The notes under the pieces are model-generated. The model had not been told where the DNA came from. It worked only from the letters and a program-made list of their open reading frames with translations, and did no database searches. This document shows positions 34,955 to 47,229 of a stretch of 64,000 nucleotides of DNA, one piece after another. Source of the stretch: Macrostomum hystrix (taxonomy: Eukaryota > Animalia > Platyhelminthes). The translations under genes and the position numbers were made by a program. Each line of letters opens with the position of its first letter. Positions within the stretch are counted from its first letter, which is position 1. The DNA lies in contig CATNEN010000012.1 in assembly GCA_950097015.1 (NCBI GenBank), positions 1,054,001 through 1,118,000 on the forward strand, given 5' to 3'.

Positions 34955-35313
34955 AGGATGGCTGGAGGCACTGGCGACACTAGTTTGCTGACACTAGACC
35001 CGCAGCCAGCGAGGAGGCAATTCTGCCCATTCCCGCTGACTCCTGAGCACACACGCACACAGATACTGTATGCTGTCACATGCTCACACAGGTATGTACA
35101 GGTATTATCAGTTTCTCCCTGTCACGCAGTGTACACTCTCACTGACCGTGCCTTGGAGGTTGGCCCTCAATGGCGTAAATTTCAAGACAAGCCCCCAAGC
35201 CTTCTCTCCGCCGCTAATGTGGCCACAAATTAATGCGGCCTCGCCGTGGAATCGAGCTCAGGGACCTTGGTGCGAGAGGCAAACGCGTTAATTAACCGCT
35301 CTGCCACTTACCC
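34955..35313 (-). mobile_element. tRNA-derived SINE, copy E
   Basis: Same head (B-box variant gctcgattcc), body and 3' segment as copies A and D. Confidence 0.75.
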
Positions 35314-35919
35314 AGAACTAAGATCGATCACAAAATGAGTGACAGATCAATCCTGCAATGAGTGACAGATCGATCTCAAAACAACTGACGGAGAATCTAA
35401 AATTTTGAGGGGGCGCACTCTAAAGTGAAATCACGAGACAGAAAAGCACAGATGAAGAAGTAGCTAGTAAGTAATAGTTGTCTGAAAGCGTTTTGCAATT
35501 ATCAAATATTAGAGTATATTTCGCATTATAATAAATGTACTAGTGTATGTTTAATAACTGACTAGATAGGCAAAATTGGTGATTGCACTAAGCAACAACT
35601 AGCTCGATATGGGAGTAGATGCAGCACCGAGAATGGCTATAACAAATTAGCTCAGATTGCAATACTGGTGGATAGGGTTGGTAAAAAAAGCAGTGTAGGA
35701 TATGGGTAGAAAATTTAGAAGTTATGTCGCAACATTTTTTAAATATAAATATATGCATTTTATAAATCTGAATGAGCTACCTAATAGACGCTACCAAGGC
35801 CATATGAAAAGGCATTGAAAAGGCTTCAGACATTTGACACTTCAGATTAAATATTGCTTAAATCAGCAATAGCATCTGACACTCCAGTGCTTCACTCCAG
35901 TGAAGGCCGACAAAGTGAC

Positions 35920-36907
35920 AGAATCGGTACACAGGAACTGACAGAATTTGTAAACAGGAACTGACAGCATCTGTAAACAGGAACTGACAGCATCTGTAAA
36001 CAGGAACTGACAGCATCTGTAAACAGGAACTGACAGTATCTGTAAACAGGAACTGACAGCATCTGTAAACAGGAACTGACAGCATCTGCAACACGAACTA
36101 ACTGCATCTGTAAACAGGAACTGACAGAATCTGCAACACGAACTAACTGCATCTGTAAACAGGAACTGACAGCATCTGTAAACAGGAACTGACAGCATCT
36201 GTAAACAGGAACTGACAGCATCTGTAAACAGGAACTGACAGCATCTGTAAACAGGAACTGACAGCATCTGTAAACAGGAACTGACAGCATCTGTAAACAG
36301 GAACTGACAGCATCTGTAAACAGGAACTCACAGCATCTGTAAACAGGAACTGACAGCATCTGTAAACAGGAACTGACAGAATCTGTAAACAGGAACTGAC
36401 AGCATCTGTAAACAGGAACTGACAGCATTTGTAAACAGGAACTAACTGCATCTGTAAACAGGAACTGACAGCATCTGTAAACAGGAACTGACAGCATCTG
36501 TAAACAGGAACTGACAGAATCTGTAAGCAGGAACTGACAGAATCTGCAACACGAACTAACTGCATCTGTAAACAGGAACTGACAGCATCTGTAAACAGGA
36601 ACTGACAGAATCTGCAACACGAACTAACTGCATCTGTAAACAGGAACTGACAGCATCTGTAAACAGGAACTGACAGCATCTGTAAACAGGAACTGACAGA
36701 ATCTGCAACACGAACTAACTGCATCTGTAAACAGGAACTGACAGCATCTGTAAACAGGAACTGACAGCATTTGTAAACAGGAACTGACAGCATCTGTAAA
36801 CAGGAACTGACAGCATTTGTAAACAGGAACTAACTGCATCTGTAAACAGGAACTGACAGCATCTGTAAACAGGAACTGACAGCATCTGTAAACAGGAACT
36901 GACAGCA
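35920..36907. repeat. 23-bp minisatellite (tgtaaacaggaactgacagcatc)
   Basis: Between paralogs 1 and 2. Confidence 0.92.
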
Positions 36908-36959
36908 TATACTTTACTTTTTCCGGTTATACCGAACCTCAGGGCCGGTAAAACAGTTG

Positions 36960-37715
36960 TTAAGCCTTAGAAGGCTGATTATAGGTGGGCAGCATTGCCA
37001 GTCGCTGCTGTGTGGATTGCCCAGTAGCAGCGGCATCCGGGGTCAGCGGCTTAGGTTGCCTAGACTCTTTGTATTTGAGAATGGGACAGGCGACTAGAAC
37101 AAAGACAAGCATGCAGGCCAGCAGAATGAGCAGGGCGTGATACCAGGGCAGGCCGACAAAGGTCTTCAAATAGGGCCGGCAAATCGACTGCACCTCGTCG
37201 CCGTCGCTAGACGGACAATTCGTTTCGCCGTTGCAGAACTGGTGACAGGGGAAGGTGTCCCACAGGCTGGTATCCGTCGAGCCGATAGCCGGAGCTTCGC
37301 CGTCGCCTCGCCTGGCGCAGCTGCACAGGCAGACCTTGTTGCAGTTCCCGCACTCAGGCAGCCGAGACTTGCACGCCTCGCAGTAGCCGCACTTTGTGTG
37401 AAATTGCCCGTAGATGCGTCGATAATTGTGCTCAGTTGAGTAGCGATTGCATTGCTCAGTTGCCTCGTTGAAGCAGGCCATAGACTCCACGGTGCCGCTG
37501 GTTCTGTCAACGTTGAACCAGCCGCAGGAAAGTTCAGGCGACAACTCCTGGCACAGTAGAAGGGCGCGAGCCGGCTTTCGCTTTGGCGGCAATAGTTCAG
37601 CTAGGCGGGCCGTAGCCTGAGCTGACACGTCATCTGCGGTGCCGGTTTCGGCTGTCCCTAAGGTTGCCATGGCAACTATGGCGCCCAAAGCGAGGACCCG
37701 CAGAATCGATGGCAT
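36960..37715 (-). CDS. Single-exon type-I membrane protein, Cys-rich ectodomain plus LDLa-like half module (paralog 2)
   Basis: 251 aa: signal peptide; LLLC..PELSCGW, CFNE, CGYCEAC, CLCSC; PCHQFCNGETNCPSSDGDE; TM ALLILLACMLVFVLVACPIL. Confidence 0.8.
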   Translation of the reverse strand: MPSILRVLALGAIVAMATLGTAETGTADDVSAQATARLAELLPPKRKPARALLLCQELSPELSCGWFNVDRTSGTVESMACFNEATEQCNRYSTEHNYRRIYGQFHTKCGYCEACKSRLPECGNCNKVCLCSCARRGDGEAPAIGSTDTSLWDTFPCHQFCNGETNCPSSDGDEVQSICRPYLKTFVGLPWYHALLILLACMLVFVLVACPILKYKESRQPKPLTPDAAATGQSTQQRLAMLPTYNQPSKA

Positions 37716-37759
37716 ATAGCTTCAAAAAAGGACATGAGAGCGTTAAGCGCCCGAACCTA

Positions 37760-38120
37760 CTCTCACCTGTCCCTACTCTACTCTCACCTGTCCTCTACTC
37801 TACCCTAACTGTCCCCTACTCTACCCTAACTGTCCCCTACTCTATCCTCACTGTCCCCTACTCTATCCTCACTGTCCCCTACTCTACCCTAACTGTCCCC
37901 TACTCTATCCTCACTGTCCCCTACTCTACCCTAACTGTCCCCTACTCTATCCTCACTGTCCCCTACTCTACCCTAACTGTCCCCTACTCTATCCTCACTG
38001 TCCCCTACTCTACCCTAACTGTCCCCTACTCTATCCTCACTGTCCGCTACTCTATCCTCACTGTCCCCTACTCAACCCTACCTGTCCGCTACTCCATCCT
38101 CACCGCCCCTACTCTACCCT
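37760..38120. repeat. 21-bp minisatellite (ctctatcctcactgtccccta)
   Basis: Direct inspection. Confidence 0.9.
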
Positions 38121-38889
38121 ATTCTTAGCTGCAATAGATTAGACTCTCACCTGTCCCCAATTCTAAGAGCTCTAACCTATCGAAGACTTGTTTCTATCAG
38201 CTGTCGCAGACTGTTCAGTATTATTTCGCCGTTAAACTATGTTATGGTGAAACAGATAGCTTGGAAGTTTACTCAAGAAACGAAAATTAAGAAAAATTAC
38301 CCTAAATATTCTAAAGGTTAACAAGAGAAGAACAAGCGAAGTTTTAATCGCATTTTTATATCTCATTGAAATGTTTTTATTGTTAATATGTATAGTAAAT
38401 TAAGTTAAAAATAGGACAGATAGTGATAAAAAGGCGAAAGCATATTTTAAGGACTTGTATAAATTTTACAGAAGTGCACATTGTAACCAGAGATTTGTTT
38501 TCTAAACGACAAAAAATAGAATCAAAACGTCAACTAAAAGACTAGAGCGGCCAAGCTGTGATTTAAAAAAGTTGCCATAAAAAACTTAGCATAAAAACAT
38601 TGGATCATGCACACTACTGACAGTAATAACAGTATTGCTAGGACTAGTCAGGAAATACCAGCAGAATGAATTCTCTATAAACCTCTTAATTCAACTGAAA
38701 GTGCACCCGTGATAAACCACACACGTTACTCACTAACATTTCTAAACATTGCTCGGCATTCCGTGTGCATACTTAAACACTTAAACCTTACTCACAACTG
38801 CTTTTATTATCCTATCCTGCAATCATCCTACTTGCCTCTACCTCCCTATGTTTAACCCCTCTCCCTTCACTCCCTACACATTCAATCTC

Positions 38890-39720
38890 TCTCTCTCTTC
38901 TCACACTCTTCCTTCACTCTCCCTCCATTCCCTCTCTCTTCCTTCACTCTCCCTCCATTCCCTCTCTCTTCCTTCACTCTCCCTCCATTCCCTCTCTCTT
39001 CCTTCACTCTCCCTCCATTCCCTCACTTTTCCTTCACTCTCCCTTCATTCCCTCTCTCTTCCTTCACTCTCCCTCCATTCCCTCTCTCTTCCTCACTCTC
39101 CCTCCATTCCCTCTCTCTTCCTTCACTCTCCCTCCATTCCCTCACTCTTCCTTCACTCTCTCTTCCTTCACTCTCCCTCCATTCCCTCTCTCTTCCTTCA
39201 CTCTCCCTCCATTCCCTCTCTCTTCCTTCACTCTCCCTTCATTCCCTCTCTCTTCCTTTACTCTCCCTCCATTCCCTCTCTCTTCCTTCACTCTCCCTCC
39301 ATTCCCTCTCTCTTCCTTCACTCTCCCTCCATTCCCTCTCTCTTCCTTCACTCTCCCTTCATTCCCTCTCTCTTCCTTCACTCTCCCTTCATTCCCTCTC
39401 TCTTCCTTCACTCTCCCTTCATTCCCTCTCTCTTCCTTCACTCTCCCTCCATTCCCTCTCTCTTCCTTCACTCTCCCTCCATTCCATCTCTCTTCCTTCA
39501 CTCTCCCTCCATTCCATCTCTCTTCCTTCACTCTCCCTCCATTCCATCTCTCTTCCTTCACTCTCCCTTCATTCCCTCTCTCTTCCTTCACTCTCCCTCC
39601 ATTCCCTCTCTCTTCCTTCACTCTCCCTCCATTCCATCTCTCTTCCTTTACTCTCCCTTCATTCCCTCTCTCTTCCTTCACTCTCCCTCCATTCCCTCTC
39701 TCTCGCTGCACTCTCCCTCC
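38890..39720. repeat. 30-bp polypyrimidine minisatellite (ctctccctccattccctctctcttccttca)
   Basis: Direct inspection. Confidence 0.9.
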
Positions 39721-40024
39721 ATTGAAGTGTACAAAGAGGCAAAAAATTATTCAATTAATTTTCATGTCGAGGAAAAAATACTAAGAAATGAATGAACGAA
39801 GCTGTCATGCTTAGAACAGAGAGGCCCTTAAAAAACATGGTCCAGCCTTATGCGGCTCGACTCTAAGCGAAGGCGGCAGCGGGTGACAGCGCACTAACGC
39901 TTCACATTCCTGACATTGAATGCGGTACGATCGGGGAGAACTGTCTGAAAAAGATAGTCAGAAATATGTCACGTTGGGAGACTCTAATTACTGTCACTCA
40001 CAGTGCCCCATAGTTGTACCTTCA

Positions 40025-40280
40025 ATTCCGACTTCCGTCATTCTGCCTCCCTTCACACTACCTTCATTCTGCCTCCCTTCACACTCCCTTCATTCTGCCA
40101 CCCTTCACACTACCTTCATTCTGCCTCCCTTCACACTCCCTTCATTCTGCCTCCCTTCACACTCCCTTCATTCTGCAACCTTCACACTCCCTTCATTCTG
40201 CAACCTTCACACTCCCTTTATTCTGCCACCCTTCACAACCCCTTCATTCTGCCACCCTTCACTCCCCCTTCATTCTCTCC
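40025..40280. repeat. About 26-bp minisatellite (cttcattctgcctcccttcacactcc)
   Basis: Directly after the stop codon of paralog 3. Confidence 0.82.
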
Positions 40281-40293
40281 AGCCCAGTCGCTC

Positions 40294-41463
40294 TTACCAG
40301 GTCGGCCTAGTCTGGCTGCGCCTCTCGTCTCGCTCAGTGTAAGGCGGTGGCGGAGGTTGTGGCTCGACAACAGCAGCGGAAGCCGCCGACTCGGCCAGGA
40401 CAGCTTCGTAGGATGGCGGCGAGGTAGACGGAGGCTGCTGCCTGATCGGACGAAGCGGCAGGAGCTCCTGGCGGCACCTGGGCGAGACGCCGACGTCGGT
40501 GGAAGTGACGACTCTTCTAGCGGCGCCATCGACGTCCCCATTCTGATCATAGTCGGAATAGTCTTCGTCATCATCGGCGTCGCCGTCAACTTCGCCATCC
40601 TGTCGCCGACGCTGCCACCTGCGCCTACTGGTGCAGCGTCGAAGGAGACGTCTCAGACAGCGCCATTTGGGACAGAGCGACACTAGCAGGCCCTTCAACA
40701 AGGCGTTCAGCAGATAGGACAGGGTTACGAGCACCGTGGCGATGCCCAGGGTGAGAGCAGCCACAGTCCACGGGTTGGCCACCGTCTTTGAATAGACGCT
40801 GCAGCTGGCCACAGCCTCATCGTTGCCGTTTGAGCAGACTGGCTGCCTATCGCACAGACTGGCGCACGGATAGAAGCCGGCAAGGTCGCTTGAAGAGGCC
40901 TGAGCAAACTCAATTGGCGGCTGGTACTTTTTCCGCAGCGTGGCCCGGCCGCCGCTACCGCCGCCGTAAGCGCAGGAGCAGTAGCAGCGCTGAGTAACAC
41001 CCGGACCGTCTAGTCGGCGACAGGGCGCACAGCCGGTGCAGGCGGTGGTTCGACGCGCGCCTCCGTGCTGACCAGCCGTGGATGAAGACGCCTGACGATT
41101 GCAAGCGAACAGCAGCTCGTTGAAGCAGGTGACTAGAAGGCCGCCGTTGCCAATGTTAGAAGACGACGAAGCTGAAGAGCTAAATGAGGACGCCGATGAT
41201 GAGGGATAGGCTGGATCAGGGCCGCGCACAGAGAACCAGGCGCAGAACAGGTCAGGCGACTGTCGCATGCACAGGTGCAGAGCCTGGGTAACTGTGCGCC
41301 TACTGCCAGGCAGGTTGGCCAGTTCTGACATCACGGCTGCCGAAGCGGCTACAGCCACCTCCGGGCTAGAGACGGTACGGTTCACATTCGGTAGGTAGGC
41401 GGCCTGGCAGGAGCCAATTAAAAATGGCAATATCAGCAACAGCAGCAGCAGCAGGTGCTGCAT
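40294..41463 (-). CDS. Single-exon type-I membrane protein, Cys-rich ectodomain plus LDLa-like half module, PPxY tail (paralog 3)
   Basis: 389 aa: signal peptide; LHLC..PDLFCAW, CFNE, CTGCAPC, CYCSC; PCASLCDRQPVCSNGNDE; TM; cytoplasmic PPSY and PPPY motifs. Confidence 0.8.
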   Translation of the reverse strand: MQHLLLLLLLILPFLIGSCQAAYLPNVNRTVSSPEVAVAASAAVMSELANLPGSRRTVTQALHLCMRQSPDLFCAWFSVRGPDPAYPSSSASSFSSSASSSSNIGNGGLLVTCFNELLFACNRQASSSTAGQHGGARRTTACTGCAPCRRLDGPGVTQRCYCSCAYGGGSGGRATLRKKYQPPIEFAQASSSDLAGFYPCASLCDRQPVCSNGNDEAVASCSVYSKTVANPWTVAALTLGIATVLVTLSYLLNALLKGLLVSLCPKWRCLRRLLRRCTSRRRWQRRRQDGEVDGDADDDEDYSDYDQNGDVDGAARRVVTSTDVGVSPRCRQELLPLRPIRQQPPSTSPPSYEAVLAESAASAAVVEPQPPPPPYTERDERRSQTRPTW

Positions 41464-41756
41464 GTCAGCAGCTGCTTGACAAATGCAGGCCGGAGCCGCT
41501 GGAAATTCATGTCAATTTTGTACAGCCATTGCGTAGCGAGTCTAAATGCTGCGTACAAGCTGTTCAGTCCATGGACTGGGGAGGCCAGCAAACCCACTCA
41601 AATGTCTATACAGCTAATCGGACGATGTGGTATTTATTTTACAGCTGATTAAACTAAAGCACTTAGAGCGTCTTGCTTAATGACACAAATTGTTTCTCTT
41701 CCAACTCTTCGAAAATTTGACCCCTTGACCTCTTAGTCAAACGTCCGAAAGGTGAC

Positions 41757-42520
41757 CTGGAGGATGCTCAGGTGGCATAATGGATGCTCAGGTGGCATGG
41801 TGGATGCTCAGGTGGCATGGTGGATGCTCAGGTGGCATGGTGGATGCTCAGGTGGCATGGTGGATGCTCAGGTGGCATAATGGATGCTCAGGTGGCATGG
41901 TGGATGCTCAGGTGGCCTGGTGGATGCTCAGGTGACATGGAGAATGCTCAGGTGGCATGGTGGATGCTCAGGTGGCATGGTGGATGCTCAGGTGACATGG
42001 TGGATGCTCAGGTGACATGGTGGATGCTCAGGTGGCATGGTGGATGCTCAGGTGGCATGATGGATGCTCAGGTGACATGGAGGATGCTCAGGTGGCATGG
42101 TGGATGCTCAGGTGGCATGATGGATGCTCAGGTGACATGGAGGATGCTCAGGTGGCATGGTGGATGCTCAGGTGGCATGGTGGATGCTCAGTTGGCATGG
42201 TGGATGCTCAGGTGGCATGGTGGATGCTCAGGTGACATGGAGGATGCTCAGGTGGCATGGTGGATGCTCAGGTGACATGGAGGATGCTCAGGTGGCATGG
42301 TGGATGCTCAGGTGGCCTGGTGGATGCTCAGGTGACATGGAGAATGCTCAGGTGGCATGGTGGATGCTCAGGTGGCCTGGTGGATGCTCAGGTGGCATGG
42401 TGGATGCTCAGGTGGCCTGGTGGATGCTCAGGTGACATGGAGAATGCTCAGGTGGCATGGTGGATGCTCAGGTGGCATGGTGGATGCTCAGGTGGCATGA
42501 TGGATGCTCAGGTGACATAG
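41757..42520. repeat. 20-bp minisatellite (tggatgctcaggtggcatgg)
   Basis: Direct inspection. Confidence 0.92.
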
Positions 42521-44854
42521 AATGATGCGCAGGATGCTTCAAACCTAGTTTACCAACTGATTGGACTCACTATTTTATTAAAACAATAGTTTCAAGTTGG
42601 AAATGGGAAGAAAAGTGCATAACACAAACTGAATGCATTTTACTGCGTAAAGATGTGATTTGCAGTGTCTACTATTCGCTCAATCTAATGGCAGCAGTAC
42701 GAATAATAATAATAATAATAATAAAAATGATAATATAGCGTTCAATTTATGAAATGCGGAAGAAATAATGATATAATGATTTTAAAGAAATACGAATTAT
42801 TATTTAAGTAATGACGACAAGCGACTGCAAATTTAAATACAAATCATGAGTATATGCGTACTCGCCTACTAATGATGACCAGTAGTAGAAAGTATACCAA
42901 TTATAATATCACAAAATGGATCTGCACTAGATTTGAACGACTTGGCTGGCGCCGCTAGAATTACAGATTACAAGATTAGCAAAAAAATAAGACATTGCGT
43001 AACACTGGCTGAGGGATGAAAGTTCGCTATTAACTTATACAACTGGTAAGATCAAAATAATCTTGTTCAAGGTAGCCGTTTCAAGAAAGCGAAATTTGAA
43101 GCGAAGAAAACGTTAATTTTGACCAACTAGCGAGAAAATGTTATCAGACAGAGAGGAAGAGTAAGACGAGAGATAAGAGAGGGTGAATAGGCGAGCGAAA
43201 AGAATGGCGAGAGATAATGTAGAGAGTAGTAAAATATGCGATTTGTTTAACGCGTACTTAAAGTAATATTACAAGGAAACCTAAGCTTTAATTGTTAATC
43301 TATATTTAGGATTGAGTCATGATGACTCATATGCTATTTTTAGAAACTAAGTCATGTGACTTAAAACCGGAGAACCGGTTCTCGACAGCTGTATTGCTCA
43401 TACTCCCATATATGGTAATGCTCACTTGGAAAACCCCCAAATGCAGCTAATCAAACAAGCTAATCTCGCTGTGCAAATATGTATGCCCTAAGTTAACACC
43501 CGGTCCTAAATTGGTTTCCCCAAAAAATTTGCTATTTAAATACAAGTTAAAATCCGAGCTGAAAATTCAGACTCGTAGCGGTCCAACGGACTTCAAAACA
43601 GCTTTAAGAAGAAGAGGATTTATCTCTGAGGGAAAGACAAGTGGTAAGCGCTTTACTGGACAGAGTTGCTAGTTGCTAGCAATCTTTGTTGAATTGAACT
43701 AAGTTTACAAGAGCCACATATTGTCGATACATTTGAGAAAGGTCTCCTTGTTTCCTAGGATACACTCCTAGAGGATTATTGATTGATTGATTGGAGTTAT
43801 CCGTTATCTTTCGGAGGAAACGAAGAAGACGCCCTTGAGGACCTATTACAGAGACACTAGAGAGATTTCAATTGTTCATTAGGCCGCACGTTTCTAATTG
43901 TGAATTCCGAGCTCAAGGAAACCGAAAAGTAATCTGATTCGCTCTCGTCCTTTGTTGGCCAACAGATAAAGTCAAGCGCAACAGACCGGATCGACTAGCT
44001 GCTGCCCAGAAGACAAAGAAGACAAGAAGACTACAAAGACTCAAGAAGCAACAGACCCGAAACTTCGACTGTCGACCAGCAACAAGGAGAAGAAGAACCG
44101 CCGGCTTACAAAGACCCAGAAGACTACGAACTACTCACTACCAAGGAAGAAGAAGCAACTGCAGTAGTTGTCACGTGAGTGTTATAAATTCCTAGGCAAT
44201 TGTTCCCCATTGTCTATAAGTGGGAGTTTTGTGTGCCTGATCAACACACAATACTCTTCAATAAGAGAGGGTGAATAGGCGAGAGGAGAGAGGATAGAAA
44301 ATAGTGCGAAAAGATAAACAGCAAAAACATGGCAGCCTAAGCCGCAAAAGTAATGAAGCATTTTTAAAACCAACAATGAAATCGAAGGGCGGAGACGCGC
44401 GTTCTCAGACAAAATTTACAGTTTGGGCTCGCATTATTATGAACGAGAATGCAGCTAATAATGAACTTACACTGATGCAAAAAGTAGACAAAAAATCAAC
44501 AGATGGTGCTAAACAGCTCACAAGGCTGCTGACTAAATAACTGTATAAACATAGGAGTTTATATACATTTATAATACACTGCAAGCGCAGACATGAGACT
44601 TATATTTAGACGGGATTTAGTCTGCGTCGAATCCCTGGTTAATTAATCGGTTCAATCACCGAGTATCACACTCGCATGCGAATCGGATATCACAAATCGG
44701 AGTTCACAAAAAATCTGGATTTGTAATTCAGGCCAGTTGTAATTCGCCACAGTTGAAAATTTGTTCATCTGACAATCTGTGAATTAAACTAAAGCCGAAA
44801 GACTTAATAATTCCTTGATCCACCAGCACTAAACGCGACAGATGATAACAACCA

Positions 44855-45135
44855 AACAAACATATGAACAAACAAACAAAATCGATTAACTAACAAACAA
44901 ACAAATCACAAACCAACAAGCAGAGCAGATGACCAAACAAACGGACACAATCGATTAAGAAATAACAAACAAATCTATTAATAAACAAACAAACAGCACA
45001 GATGACCAAACAAACGAACACAATAACACAATCGATTAACAAATAACAAACAAACAAAATCAAACAGGTGAACACGCAAACAAACAAACAACAAACGTGT
45101 AAACAAACAAAAGAAACAAACAAACAGATAAACAA
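44855..45135. repeat. Degenerate (aaac)n microsatellite
   Basis: Direct inspection. Confidence 0.75.
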
Positions 45136-45141
45136 ATATAA

Positions 45142-45570
45142 TCAGAAATTATTGGGCGCATTGGCGTTCAAATCGCGAAACATTTCCGAGTCGCGGCGGC
45201 GCCTGGCGCCAAATAGAGCGGCCGCTGATTTCAAAGAATTGTCGCCGCTGTTTAAGCTAATCAGTGGCGACCTGGCCGCTGACGTCACAGTCGCCGGGTT
45301 CGCTAGCCGGCTCATCTGGCCAATCAGCACCGGGGAGGCTGTTGAACTATTAATCGAAGTAGCCGGGTCGTCCAATGAGGCGGTGGTGCCGCTGGCTGAT
45401 TCGCCCGCGTAACTCGAATAGTAATTCACTGAGCGCGGGTAGTTGGCCGGACTGAGGTTAAACATGTTAAACCAACGGAATATGCCACCATTGCCGCTGC
45501 TAACGAGTGACGGCTGCTGCTGCTGCTGAGGCTGCGGCTGCACTTGTTGCTGACTGGCACTCGAGTTCAT
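45142..45570 (-). CDS. Hypothetical small protein (about 142 aa), Q/S-rich, C-terminal RRRRDSEMFRDLNANAPNNF
   Basis: GC-rich ORF in an AT-rich context; ATG at 45570 directly follows an acceptor-like cacag; no family recognised. Confidence 0.5.
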   Translation of the reverse strand: MNSSASQQQVQPQPQQQQQPSLVSSGNGGIFRWFNMFNLSPANYPRSVNYYSSYAGESASGTTASLDDPATSINSSTASPVLIGQMSRLANPATVTSAARSPLISLNSGDNSLKSAAALFGARRRRDSEMFRDLNANAPNNF

Positions 45571-45799
45571 CTGTGGTTTAATCTCGATGCGATTAAAATA
45601 GTATAGTTTTGTCACACACAAGTAACAAGCCTGTGATTCTGCAAATAAGCATTATGGTGAGATAAAGTAAGACTTTTATGCACAGGTTTTACAGGTTTTT
45701 CTCTTTTCCAATCAATCAAGAAATGCCAAACAGTATCTTCTTAACCAGTCATGAAAATTCACACTAAAAACTCTTAAAAAAGTAACAGGAATTAAGGCT

Positions 45800-46600
45800 A
45801 ATATCTTCCTAACCAATTAGAGAAACCCAGGCCATTATCTTCCTAACCAATTAGAGAAACCCAGGCCATTATCTCCCTAACCAATTAGAGAAACCCAGGC
45901 CATTATCTTCCTAACCAATTTGAGAAACCCAGGCCATTATCTCCCTAACCAATTAGAGAAACCCAGGCCATTATCTTCCTAACCAATTTGAGAAACCCAG
46001 GCCATTATCTTCCTAACCAATTAGAGAAACCCAGGCCATTATCTACCTAACCAATTAGAGAAACCCAGGCCAATATCTCCCTAACCAATTAGAGAAACGC
46101 AGGCCGACCAATATCTCCCTAACCAATTAGAGAAACCCAGGCCATTATCTTCCTAACCAATTAGAGAAACCCAGGCCATTATCTCCCTAACCAATTAGAG
46201 AAACCCAGGCCAATATCTCCATAACCAATTAGAGAAACGCAGGCCGACCGATATCTTCCTAACCAATTAGAGAAACGCAGGCCGACCGATATCTTCCTAA
46301 CCAATTAGAGAAACGCAGGCCAATATCTTGCGAACCAATTAGATAAACGCAGGCCGATATCTTCCTAACCAATTAGAGAAACGCAGGCCAATATCTCCCT
46401 AACCAATTAGAGAAACGCAGGCCGACCGATATCTTCCTAACCAATTAGAGAAACGCAGGCCGACCGATATCTTCCTAACCAATTAGAGAAACGCAGGCCA
46501 ATATCTTCCTAACCAATTAGAGAAACGCAGGCCAATATCTTCCTAACCAATTAGAGAAACGCAGGCCAATATCTTCCTAACCAATTAGAGAAACGCAAGC
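45800..46600. repeat. About 34-bp minisatellite containing CCAAT (ctaaccaattagagaaacccaggccattatcttc)
   Basis: Direct inspection. Confidence 0.9.
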
Positions 46601-47229
46601 CAATCGCTGCTGACAAATTAACTATAAACTTCGTTAAAAGTCTAAACTAGTTACTTTTCTCAAGCAAATAAAGTTAAATACGGCTCGTACGAAACACAGA
46701 CCCAGTTTAGGCAATTTGATTAAACTGGAAAAGCAACATAAAAATACCATTGTTCTTTTTTTGAAAAACAAACTTGCGCTGACAACACAGCGATTCAGTG
46801 TAAGGAAAAGCTAAAGATTGTTTTAAAATGTCCGGTTATCGATAATATTTATTTTGCACGGGGAAAAAAGCAACTCAAATAGAAGAGTGTGACAGATTCA
46901 GATGAACAGATTCAAAGCAAGTCCCTGTGCAAAACGACACAGTCGCGAGCAAACAAAATAATCAAGGTAAAATAACATGTCCTCTCATAATCTTTCTAAT
47001 TAGTCTATCTAGCCAAGAAGCTTAAGGTAATAAAACAGTAAAAACTCGAACTAAAGCAGGAAATAGCTTAGAAAATTGTTACGAAACAGGATATAATAGT
47101 GTCGCTGACTAACTGTCACATTCGTGACTGCAACGTCTTAATTCATTGTTACAAGCAAGAAATGATCAGCTATTAAAAATTATTGAGGATACCCTGTCTA
47201 ATAACACGAAATATTTGCCTCTAATTGTC

